From contig NMRA01000079.1 in assembly GCA_002633005.1 (NCBI GenBank), forward strand, positions 981,148 through 1,045,147: a DNA stretch of 64,000 nt. The letters run 5' to 3'. A program made the translations under genes and the position numbers. The notes beneath the pieces are model-generated. The model made no database searches. It was not told the DNA's origin and saw only the letters and a program-made list of their open reading frames with translations. Shown here piece by piece: positions 53,501 through 59,781 of the stretch. How positions within the stretch are numbered: position 1 is the stretch's first letter; the number at the start of each line of letters is the position of its first letter. Source of the DNA: Phoronis australis (Eukaryota; Animalia; Phoronida).

Positions 53501-56500
53501 TGATTTCCTGAAAAGAATAGTGTTGTTTCAGCGAGTGAGCACGTCACGCACGCTTGGCAGCCTTCATAAAGACAACTCGTAAAAATTTAGACGGGATGGG
53601 CCTTAAAATCTTTGCTACCAGGATACATGTTCAAGCAACCTGGGGCTTATGTAGAAATTTGTAGTTACTGGGATTAAAATTTGTTACAACTAAATGTGGT
53701 TCTCGACTTTTTTTAGCTGAGGTTTTCCGAGAGATCGTTATCCGACATTCAGATCAATTTCAAGTCGCCTTGATGACTTTTGGCTTAGGTAAAACTGGCT
53801 GTATTGAAACAAGTCATAGTACGTCTTTTGTATGTATCGCTACATATATTTCACGCGCTTTGATTAGCAACGCCTGGACAATATCTGCAAGTGGACGCCG
53901 TGCAGACGACAAGTTGGCAGATTCAACCAACAATTCTATTCTGCAACTCCAAGAAACACAGTGGGTTATCTGTGCGGAAAAAACAAGGTAATTACCTGTT
54001 TTCAAAACGGTGTCATATCCCGTTGCGCTGTTGCTTTGAAAATGTGATTCCGTTTTTTTTGCCTGCTCTGGGGTATCTAAAAGAACACTAGTGGGTGAAA
54101 TCGTTACCAAAACACGTATTTTGTTTAGATAGCGTCCCCTAAATCTTAGCTTTTTGCATGGATTGGTGCGTTAACGTAGGTCAAGTGAACCTTTGTCCTA
54201 AAATTCTCCTAATTTTCGTTCGTATAGCCGCAAGTGGTCACAAATAGAAATTCAAATATAAGCAAGCAGTTGGCTCTACAAAGGATGGTGAATACCATAA
54301 TGCACAATTTCTTGTGCTTACTACGCGCATATTTTCATATCCTCCCATTGTTAGTGTTTTCCACACAAAGTCTTCGGTCTTTTTATTTTTGCTCATTTTT
54401 ATGGCATTCAGGACAATGGTGCGACCATTACATAATATGTAGGCAGCGTTTTACATGTACACATTTTAGTACCATACTACGGATTGATCTAAAGCTCCGT
54501 CTGCGATCCCCTCGACCCCCACACCCTTTGACCCTCTCAATCCAATTTACTGTGCACAATCTCGACTCTATCTGAAAATACAAAAAGCGCTGACTTGCAG
54601 GAACAACGAGTCGGGCCGTGAGTTCGACTGACTTTCCCCTTTTTGCAATAAAGAGAGTAGATTTGGCAAGTTTGAAAGCCAAAAACGGAAAAATAAACTC
54701 GACCTAATCAAACTAAAGACCTACCAACGTTACAAATGTCGTCCCTGGCAGAGTTCAATCGTCTCGTCTGCTCTTCAGTGAATGATAGATTTAACCTTTT
54801 ACGTAGAGTGCGAAGAACCGACAAAAACGTAATTTCATTAGTAAATACAATTTAGAAAACAAACTGTTGACTTAAAAGCATCTCTACTTTACATGGAGTA
54901 TATTATAGACGAGTATACAACAGAAAGCAAATAATAAAAATGTAAAATAATATACATTCACGATAACGTATCTCTCACTAAGTTTAGTAGAACTGGGCCA
55001 TTGGTAACCAATTAAGAATCTATTTCCGTCGCAGCGGCAGCACAACCACAATTCGTTATTTCAGAACACGTTCTCACACCAATTTCTGTTTGTAAGCACC
55101 CACCTGAGTCAGAGTAGACTCTCGTGTAGTTATGTCTTTTGGGAAAGTAATTCAGTGTCGTATTAATGATTATAAAATGTGCAGGAAGCGAAAAGATACA
55201 TCTCTTGCCACAGGTCGTTGGTCAAGGAGGTGTGGGTCGTGGGTTATGGGTCATGGGGTTGTGGATCGAGAGGCGTGTGGGGGTTGCGAGGGCTTTAGAA
55301 CAATCCGTATCATATATTCACCGCCTTTTCTTCTTCCTGCAACGAAGTCCGCTCCCAGTCGCGGATTTAAGGGGGCATGCCCCCCTAAAATTCTAACAGA
55401 TACCATTTGGCAGTTCGGGATGCGAATCGATGACTAGCATATGCGCGCGCACAGGGGAGCTCGGGGGACGAATGCACAATGCATAGGCCTTCAACTAATC
55501 ATGTTCACCGTTTTGTTTTAGTAAAAATGTTCGCAAACCCAAAAATTCGATACCCCAGCATCCCTAGGTTTAGGTTGGACGCGCGCGAGTGGTGAAATTC
55601 TGGTTATTCCTGTGCCCTGACTCCCCAACACAAAATCCTGGATCCGCCCCTGCCTCCGAGACGCTCCATTAGTTGTCATCAAGAGGGACTGGCATAACTT
55701 AGATTATTCATGTATGTGAGAAAAAGTTTTGGGACAGTACACAGTAGATACACTGTTGGACCCACCCCCATTTGTCTCATTGTTTTGTCACCCCGCTGCT
55801 ATCCACAGCATGTCTCGCCGGAAAATATCACCGTTTTTGAGTAGTATGAACTGACCGTCAGCAGTTCACCCTCGTGTCAGAATATCTCTTCCCAAAAATG
55901 CGAATCAAAGCACCAATAGTATGATGTCCTTTAGGTTATGTATGACCTCTGGACATAATTATAGTTCATTATGCATTAATGGAGAGCTTTAAACGCAATT
56001 TCTAATAACGTTTTTTAGAACGGGGAATCTAGAATAGAATGTAAAATTTCCATATGAACCCGATCAGGCATATCTTAGGAATGATGATTCAAATTTAGAC
56101 ACATACATGTATGTGTGTACATTTTACTAGGGTCTAACACGACCGTAGATGTATATTCCTTACCAACCGACATTAAAATTGGTACGCAATCTGACAAGAT
56201 CTGACAATTCTTGATGGAACGTTTGAGAATACTTCATAAGTGACCTCGGACTTAACACATTTTTTGTCACTTGTAATGGTACTTGCGTAATCAGAAACGC
56301 AGTCAGCACATTTATAATGCTACAGGGTACTGACTAAGCACGTTATTTTGTTTTATGGAGCTCGTTCCAGTTCGGTTACCCAGATAGATATACATGTATT
56401 GCTAACACGCTCGTGTTCTTCGATTTTGGATTAGACCTCCACTTAATTCGCCCAATTCGATTTTCACTAAATTCACTTTGAACATCTATCTTCAGTATCT

Positions 56501-58088
56501 ATCAACAGCTATCTTCACAATTTCAGATTTGCGAAAATTCAAACCGTTGTGTATCGGCTGGAAACTCAGGCTGTGGTCAAAGAGAGACGTTAACAGAACC
56601 CGAGGGAGCCTTGTCTTCGTTTAGATTCAATGGCAAAGATTTCTACCTTCCGAACATGTTTTGTTCTTGGAGAATCAGGCTTAATAAGAAACAGCAAGTG
56701 TCTGTAAGTGACGTCAAATGTACTATAGTTCCGCAGGGTGTATCACGGCTCATGTATTTTTTCTCCACCTGCCACGAACTCCCAGAGCAATATGATACAT
56801 GTGCACGTAAACTCGTTCTTAATCCGACAGCATACGTTGTAGGCGAGTGAAAGTGACAGTTGGTAATAACACTGACCGTCAACTTCAATTGCAGTAGTAA
56901 TGACCACATTAGGCTGTTTTTCGTCATTTGTTTTTGGTTGTTATAATTTAGTTAGGACATTGTGAAAATTGAGAATTCTTTTCATTCACCATTTGAGGAA
57001 GAGACATCATGATCGAGGACACGCATACGCCCGTTGTGGCTTAGGTGGATTATACTATGGACACACTGTCTCTAAATAAGACCAACTGGGTGTTCCTTTC
57101 ATCAGCATACAGAACAACTTGTCTATACCCCGAGGGAATAGTAGCTACATGCACGAAGAGAATTTAAGTTCACGAATATATTATTTTTTGAACGTACACG
57201 TACATGTAACTCCTCAAATTTGAGTTTTCCTTAGGTTTTGCTATGCCTATATGCTGCTTCCTGAGTCCTGTTGTGCAATCATAACCTTAGCTGAGGGTAA
57301 TTTGGCACTCATGATGGTGTTTGTTTGAAAAACATTTCAACTAAAGGATCGGTTTCATGAAAGTGGCCTAACGCAGAAACTTGGTCTTAATCAATACCTT
57401 GAAATGATGGATAGTAACTAGCAGTTACGTGTGTAAATTTAAGGAGTTTCCACTTTTGATCAAGTGTGGTTTAAAGTTTTTTAAGAAACAGTTGTGTATA
57501 CATGTAGGAGCATAAGACTAAACTTTGTCGTAACTTTTGTGAAACTTTTCATGAAACACACCCCAGCAGCAATGCACAGAACAAAATTTTAAAGGTAACG
57601 TTCAAACGATACTATAAGTGACCAACGTGTGGACAAAGGTATTCTTTTTTCTTTAAAATTAGCTGGAAATCCAGGTAATGGATGTCCTCGGCTACGATGA
57701 TGATAACTGCATGGTGAAAACCGGCTACGTCATAATTGGTGACCGGGTGTCTGTTTTCGACGGACCGAGCTCCAAGTCAAAGCACGTGATGACGTTCTGC
57801 AATGGAAAACGGGCGATGATTATTTCTTCTACATATATGCTTTATGTAGAATTTGTAACAGACAGTAGCCTAACGTCAGTAGGTACCGGGTTTAAGGCAA
57901 CGTACACATCCGTTGTGCTTGAAAATGACGGAGAGCCGTACGTGGTGATATTAGGCCTACCAGAAGAAGACGGTGAGACTCGTGTGGCAAAGTTCCTCTC
58001 CAACGGATGCATGAAACCAGTGATATCAATCGACACTATTGTCTCTGCATTGCATATGTTAGTTATGGGAATGCGTGGTCTACTGTAG
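5518..58088 (+). CDS. Gene model (25 coding exons, 3810 nt, ~1269 aa): secreted/GPI-anchored protein with 3 catalytically dead reprolysin (M12B/ADAMTS-like) domains, 2 ADAMTS Cys-rich domains and 2 CUB domains
   Basis: Hand-spliced GT-AG exons (listed individually) join in one frame without stops; paralogous exons repeat with matching lengths and phases (93 nt x3, 177 nt x2). Single-transcript continuity at 15291->17367 and 29533->30293 is inferred from phase only. Confidence 0.7.
6210..6860 (+). mobile_element. Degenerate LINE (L1/Tx1-like) ORF2 C-terminal fragment
   Basis: Frameshifted peptides LWKEV, KPLWF..NKPVFYK, EGIAHVHDFL, YEEFIQKY, LRWFQFRLVHRI are typical of the region downstream of RT / zf-RVT. 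Confidence 0.65.
7653..7920 (+). mobile_element. Kolobok-like non-autonomous DNA transposon end fragment (right boundary approximate)
   Basis: TTAA followed by AGGCCT...; similar to the element starting at 34378 and ~41943. Confidence 0.4.
8850..9604 (-). mobile_element. Possible solo LTR-like repeat
   Basis: TG...TGACA ends, internal ~70-bp duplication (9043-9168), TATA-like motif and ttctaga-rich tail like 25927-26829; no TSD seen. Confidence 0.3.
10405..10785 (+). mobile_element. Degenerate THAP-domain DNA transposon remnant
   Basis: Diverged reverse complement of 31376-31756. Confidence 0.6.
11531..11691 (+). CDS. M12B-like domain 1, exon a
   Basis: cctttttaag / CAG|gtcagt; STQSAKGEQDPSKSRRIPIAFVISENMTKCL...SLEKLIQKKVTGQ aligns with KRRLRLAIFIT...LQGYLRTIFLDK of domain 3; phase 1->0. 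Confidence 0.75.
12373..12465 (+). CDS. M12B-like domain 1, exon b (93 nt)
   Basis: tttcag / GAG|gtac; FNKLWRKPKLGADIDIKVEVPLIHYMTKKEE; same length as 20035-20127 and 32082-32174. Confidence 0.9.
13045..13184 (+). CDS. M12B-like domain 1, exon c
   Basis: tttacag / gtaaga; QEWIFLAKLHSKSPSTSESLRAFSWWLHDQDVWVKSKAVTTVLIID(S), like ADAMTS 'LxxFCxW...AVLLT'; phase 0->2. Confidence 0.88.
13796..13945 (+). CDS. M12B-like domain 1, exon d (degenerate zinc-binding helix)
   Basis: ttttag / GG|gtatat; DYSIGEGGKFYFTIYTKGGLCDRNTVTVMTGGSAAKPLQLGKLAMAMAK(G); phase 2->2. Confidence 0.88.
14214..14318 (+). CDS. M12B-like domain 1, exon e
   Basis: cacatag / CAG|gtgc; LGIERQDCVGNGTYNPYAKMDWSACSKSDAARIF with the reprolysin WSxCS motif; phase 2->2. 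Confidence 0.9.
15176..15291 (+). CDS. M12B-like domain 1, exon f
   Basis: ttccag / CAG|gtaatc; NKRALPCLEYMEGIMPPVISRPGTRNNGCNVDQELNKS, homologous to ALPCLEYQVG..SRPGT (27407); phase 2->1. Confidence 0.85.
15878..15889 (+). CDS. Possible 12-nt micro-exon (or 120-nt exon from 15770) in the domain 1-2 linker
   Basis: Strong polypyrimidine acceptor ctccttccttttccag and gtaagt donor; phase 1->1; not counted in the 25-exon model. Confidence 0.4.
17367..17500 (+). CDS. M12B-like domain 2, exon a
   Basis: ctatag (or gtcag at 17381) / ATG|gtaacg; TCTSVKRYCIFKRTAVGPDLKTQIKTWFLKTWCYDVVWAFHRRM; phase 1->0 like the other 'a' exons, weak sequence similarity. Confidence 0.55.
17810..18720 (+). mobile_element. 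Dispersed repeat containing a tRNA-like (Pol III A/B box) segment, interrupted by a Kolobok-like element
   Basis: Homologous to ~34820-36290; A box TGGTGCAGTGG (18058-18068), T-arm/B box CCGGGTTCGAACCCGG (~18635-18650). Confidence 0.7.
18073..18605 (+). mobile_element. Kolobok-type DNA transposon (long TIRs, TTAA TSD, THAP start), with an N gap at 18395
   Basis: ttaa|AGGCGAAGGCAACC...GGTTGCCTTCGCCT|ttaa; ~135-bp TIRs; MPHCCCVPGCTNY at ~18337 is a THAP N-terminus. Confidence 0.85.
19480..19915. repeat. Dispersed repeat, inverted homolog at ~54500-55010
   Basis: Shared blocks such as 'aacagtttgtttt..aaattgtatttact' and 'catttg.aacgttggtaggt' in reverse complement. Confidence 0.55.
20035..20127 (+). 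CDS. M12B-like domain 2, exon b (93 nt)
   Basis: ttccag / GAG|gtatgc; INAIWKNPHFGFSINIKAEVKLIHYMTVNEE, clear paralog of 12373-12465. Confidence 0.92.
21686..21804 (+). CDS. M12B-like domain 2, exon c
   Basis: tttccag / gtaagc; QQVEDMIGNHTLIRAFQSWIFQSKSWIHSKAVTTVYLIN; shares RAF..W....SKAVTTV with 13045 exon. Confidence 0.9.
22315..22548. mobile_element. Harbinger-like MITE (same family as 24213-24444)
   Basis: Imperfect TIRs GTTCCAAGAAA ... TTTCTTGGAAC. Confidence 0.55.
22781..22906 (+). CDS. M12B-like domain 2, exon d (degenerate zinc-binding helix)
   Basis: tctttttcag / GG|gtaagc; GSRGSYLTDGNLCRRNTVAVLGLSTPAQPIPLFSLASAMAA(G); phase 2->2. Confidence 0.9.
23882..23983 (+). CDS. M12B-like domain 2, exon e
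   Basis: cttcag / CAG|gtaagt; LSLTGGGCEKALESLPDGMKWTYCAVAKAVKIF (WTYCA corresponds to WSxCS); phase 2->2. Confidence 0.88.
24213..24444. mobile_element. PIF/Harbinger-like MITE
   Basis: TIRs GGGCCCGTTCCAAGAAA...TTTCTTGGAACGGGCTC flanked by CTG/CAG (CWG target). Confidence 0.7.
24720..25290 (-). mobile_element. LTR-like fragment related to 25927-26829
   Basis: Shared blocks 'gtgctaatagctttc', 'ctccagccagtg', 'ctgtctctatagctgg'. Confidence 0.4.
25927..26829 (-). mobile_element. Putative solo LTR
   Basis: TGTCAA...TTGACA inverted termini, TATA-like motif on the - strand (~26485), internal ~62-bp tandem duplication (26627-26745); no clear TSD. Confidence 0.45.
27407..27614 (+). CDS. M12B-like domain 2 end / Cys-rich domain start
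   Basis: ctttccag / TGG|gtaggt; DKWALPCLEYQVGTLSRASRPGTLSRDDFEAVKNNC...YSPW, paralog of 52340-52544; phase 2->0. Confidence 0.92.
27810..27932 (+). CDS. ADAMTS-type Cys-rich (disintegrin-like) exon, copy 1
   Basis: ttcttccag / AAG|gttagt; DTEKNICRWTPCHDMRNVTHLQRFVFVTPWMKPGYSCGLNK (GxxCGxxK). Confidence 0.9.
28320..28341. repeat. (TA)n microsatellite
   Basis: Direct inspection. Confidence 0.9.
28567..28743 (+). CDS. Cys-rich end + CUB domain 1 N-half (177 nt)
   Basis: tttcag / AAG|gtaaac; ICLTETHCVSAGDSGCGQTRELEGTKGYFSSFNYDGISSYARGLSCSWRITVSKNMRVK (CUB CG..G..S..Y....CxWxI). Confidence 0.93.
29200..29533 (+). CDS. CUB domain 1 C-half + linker
   Basis: ttttag / CAAG|gtaaaa; VTFIRMDV..C..GDVVVVHDG..LCG..IISTTHVVFVKFISD....GKGFLASY; phase 0->1. 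Confidence 0.92.
29500..29890 (+). repeat. ~202-bp tandem duplication covering the exon 3' end and splice donor
   Basis: 'ctagacaaacacctccaaggtaaaattgtggttaagt' at 29515 and 29717. Confidence 0.9.
30293..30438 (+). CDS. M12B-like domain 3, exon a
   Basis: tctttcag / AAG|gtacga; EKQTPNGLKRRLRLAIFITKAFAHTWKTKAMTRQAGLQGYLRTIFLDK; phase 1->0. Confidence 0.85.
31496..31720 (-). mobile_element. THAP zinc-finger domain remnant of a DNA transposon (intronic)
   Basis: MKRCVCGDCSN...KFP...LCSAHFKESCF = C2CH THAP signature; truncated; the conserved Trp is Cys here but Trp in the 39.7-kb copy. Confidence 0.85.
32082..32174 (+). CDS. M12B-like domain 3, exon b (93 nt)
   Basis: gtttcag / GAG|gtatgg; LNKLFDDDQFGNDVGIRLDFPFIYTMSDKDE. 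Confidence 0.92.
32597..32733 (+). CDS. M12B-like domain 3, exon c
   Basis: ttccag / GG|gtataa; NEVLEMARRMKTRAPNATALSFLQWAVRRADYQASKSHLPVLIVD(G); phase 0->2. Confidence 0.88.
33498..33656 (+). CDS. M12B-like domain 3, exon d (vestigial HExxH = AHDIGR)
   Basis: cctcttcag / gtaagt; ETEFRYSAYKTGLYVHAGDICNQRVALVEEGRLLDRKGDPISDVQMAHDIGR(T); phase 2->2. Confidence 0.92.
33964..34369. mobile_element. PIF/Harbinger-like MITE, absent from copy B
   Basis: cag|GGCCCGGTCT.CAATCTTT.TACTCGAA...TTCGAGTACAAAGATTGAAGACCGGGCC|ctg; empty site 'gtatccaggttaaagg' at ~41930. Confidence 0.85.
34378..36660 (+). mobile_element. Nested TE cluster: Kolobok-like host containing a hairpin/tRNA-like repeat (~34460-36312); right boundary approximate
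   Basis: ttaa|AGGCC start; hairpin 34476-34582; TATACCACAT...ATGTGGTATA inverted motif; tRNA-like A/B boxes; host resumes at 'aaagttattaactttga' as in the 7653 copy. Confidence 0.55.
35070..36173. mobile_element. Non-autonomous DNA transposon, ~70-bp TIRs, 8-bp TSD (P-element- or hAT-like)
   Basis: CACAGGC.CTTGGGTTTATCGCAAATGACGTCACTC...GAGTGACGTCATTTGCGATAAACCCAAGAGCCTGTG; flanks tggtaagg / tggtaaag. Confidence 0.85.
38418..38563 (+). CDS. Copy B of domain 3 exon a
   Basis: Same splice sites as 30293-30438; 1 nonsynonymous and 2 synonymous differences. Confidence 0.75.
39530..39910 (-). mobile_element. Copy B of the THAP remnant (frameshifted)
   Basis: Colinear with 31376-31756. Confidence 0.75.
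40250..40342 (+). CDS. Copy B of domain 3 exon b
   Basis: Identical to 32082-32174. Confidence 0.8.
40771..40907 (+). CDS. Copy B of domain 3 exon c
   Basis: Two synonymous differences from 32597-32733. Confidence 0.8.
41460..41618 (+). CDS. Copy B of domain 3 exon d (AHDVGR)
   Basis: Same splice sites as 33498-33656; 5 nonsynonymous and 1 synonymous differences. Confidence 0.8.
42562..43142. mobile_element. Insertion present only in copy B (GTTAACTTCG-rich DNA-TE-like fragment)
   Basis: No counterpart at 36778-36790 of copy A; multiple gttaacttcg motifs. Confidence 0.6.
46751..47860. mobile_element. Tc1/mariner (pogo/Tigger-like) non-autonomous element
   Basis: ATTCG.CCTAATAAGCGCCC ... 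GGGCGCTTATTAGAGCGAATACGGTA inverted ends; left tip eroded. Confidence 0.6.
49724..50730 (+). repeat. ~500-bp direct duplication across the N at 50224 (likely contig overlap / haplotype artefact)
   Basis: 49724-50223 vs 50225-50730 differ by two SNPs and one CATGTA indel. Confidence 0.9.
50792..50902 (+). CDS. M12B-like domain 3, exon e
   Basis: ttctttttcag / AG|gtactg; LGLPGNQLSCSEGIMESRETHKGWSACSKQKLKKIL keeps the Met-turn (IM) and WSACS but not the third His; phase 2->2. Confidence 0.92.
52340..52544 (+). CDS. M12B-like domain 3 end / Cys-rich domain start
   Basis: ttcccag / TGG|gtaagt; DPWIYSCLEYQEGSMPVPKASLGLISAEDFEAIKQNC...FSPW; phase 2->0. Confidence 0.92.
53868..53987 (+). CDS. ADAMTS-type Cys-rich exon, copy 2
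   Basis: gattag / AAG|gtaatt; QRLDNICKWTPCRRQVGRFNQQFYSATPRNTVGYLCGKNK, paralog of 27810-27932. Confidence 0.9.
55356..55652. mobile_element. Short hAT-like MITE
   Basis: CAG..GCGGAT... and AAATCCTGGATCCGCCCCTG ends; the same 3' end occurs at 4541-4560. Confidence 0.45.
56527..56703 (+). CDS. Cys-rich end + CUB domain 2 N-half (177 nt)
   Basis: tttcag / gtaagt; ICENSNRCVSAGNSGCGQRETLTEPEGALSSFRFNGKDFYLPNMFCSWRIRLNKKQQVS. Confidence 0.93.
57345..57566. mobile_element. Harbinger-like MITE
   Basis: Imperfect TIRs GTTTCATGAAAGT ... ACTTTTCATGAAAC. Confidence 0.4.
57663..58088 (+). CDS. Terminal exon: CUB domain 2 C-half + GPI-signal-like tail
   Basis: Acceptor ttttttctttaaaattag; LEIQVMDV..C..GDRVSVFDG..FCNG..IISSTYMLYVEFVTD....GTGFKATY...LSNGCMKPVISIDTIVSALHMLVMGMRGLL*. 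Confidence 0.92.
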   Translation: MEIQVMDVLGYDDDNCMVKTGYVIIGDRVSVFDGPSSKSKHVMTFCNGKRAMIISSTYMLYVEFVTDSSLTSVGTGFKATYTSVVLENDGEPYVVILGLPEEDGETRVAKFLSNGCMKPVISIDTIVSALHMLVMGMRGLL

Positions 58089-58894
58089 CATACATTTATT
58101 ATTTACAAGAAAGATTGCAATGTGTCAAGTTGTCAGACTTCCTTAACACTTTCCAGGCAATTATAAAGTTTCATAAGCGTCAACCGTGTACTATTCGCGT
58201 CTTAGGCGGAATCTTTGCACTCGAAACCTAACCCGAAGTTATCTTTGACATTTTCCGCTCTAGTTTAGTGCAGTTTCAACATAAGCGATCATTGAGCTTG
58301 TTTGTTGACTGTCCAATACCAGTTAAACTGAGTTTTAAGAATCAGCCGGAACTAAAAATGGAGTTTTTGCTCGAAAACTATAAATTTTACGTGGAATCTG
58401 GGCGTAGTAAACTCAAGTTTGTGGCTTGAAGTTTGAAGTCATCTAGCACGACGCTGGACTAGATATTTTTTCTGTGTAAACAGTCAGGTAATCGACCAAG
58501 GAGCAATAAGCATTCAGGTTGACCTCGTACCAGAAGATAACGGGAATTGTCAAAACAATTTTGAGTTCGGGTTTGAGTTAAGAGCTTAAACTGCGTGACC
58601 TGATCTGGGCAGGTTGCTTATCATTTTGGTTGTTGAAGGGATAATAATTTGTAAAAACGCACATGCGATTGCAGTGCACAAAAAGTCGTATACCAAAGTC
58701 TCGTTTTCCCATGCACCGATTTCGGGTCACCGCCAACACGCTGTCGTCGTTCAGAAGTAGTCGTGGTAGCAGATGGCGTCTGCCAAATCAAGATTTTCGC
58801 CTCAAAAGAGGGATCCGACGTTTCCTGGGGTGGTCATCCCTCGAATTACCAGTTAGTTAATGGAGCAGGCATCGGCGTGTAATTTCAGTTGTCG

Positions 58895-59262
58895 TACCGC
58901 GAATTTCCGTAGATAAGCCAATGGGTGTGTTTTCGGAAAATGAAAAATTCCAAGCGTTTTAGCAACACCAAATAAACACCAGGGTGTCTATCCAGAAAAA
59001 GAGGCGTGTAAACGCAAAAATATGGTTTTGCTGACTTTGACATTTTTTACTTAATTTTATGTTATTAAATGCATAGCTCGCCAACACCTTGTTCGCTTTT
59101 AAAATGATAGGTGCTTCACAACATTGAATTTGTGACAAAAAGTTGAGGCTTAATGGAACTAGACTCCAAATAAACGCCCATGGGCGTGTAATCGGCATAA
59201 TTTTCCAAATAAATGCCCATGGGCGTTTTATGGGTTGGGCTTATCTATGGAAAATCCTGGTA
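58895..59262. mobile_element. Tc1/mariner-like MITE
   Basis: TACC..AATTTCC.TAGATAAGCC ... GGGCTTATCTATGGAAAATCCTGGTA inverted ends with TA. Confidence 0.55.
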
Positions 59263-59305
59263 GGGTCGCCAAAATTGCCAAAACATGCTACTATTCGACA
59301 CTCAA

Positions 59306-59308
<3 letters not shown>

Positions 59309-59386
<78 letters not shown>
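59309..59386. repeat. Interrupted (TA)n microsatellite
   Basis: Direct inspection. Confidence 0.95.
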
Positions 59387-59387
<1 letters not shown>

Positions 59388-59564
59388 TCAAACTTATGAT
59401 GCTACAAATTCACTGATATTTAGTAAATCCCACGTCAACTCAACTGCTTCATTCAGCCTATTTTAGGACATTTAGCGAAGCCGATATCAACTCAACAACT
59501 TCATTTTTTAATTTTATCGTTCATTGCAAACACATTACTACTTCGTGAAATCAATCGTGTTTAA

Positions 59565-59781
59565 AGGCGAAGGCAACCTTTTTCCATCTCATTTTGAGCT
59601 AAAATAAGGTTGGTTGGTTATCCTAGACATATTTTCCACTTAATTACAGCTTTTCGTAATTTTATTAATTACTCGTCTGCTACTCCGGAAATGACGTTTT
59701 AGGAGGCAAGCGTTTCCCGCCACTTGGTTTTGCGTTGACTTTACCGTGCGAATCTGTTCTATTCTACTTTTGTTTTGTGCT
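59565..59781 (-). mobile_element. Second copy (one end) of the Kolobok-type element, truncated by the N at 59782
   Basis: ttaa|AGGCGAAGGCAACC...; reverse complement of ~18405-18605. Confidence 0.85.

Noticed and set aside
59143-59466. 107-aa ORF with YIYIYI
   Set aside because: Read-through of a MITE and a (TA)n microsatellite.
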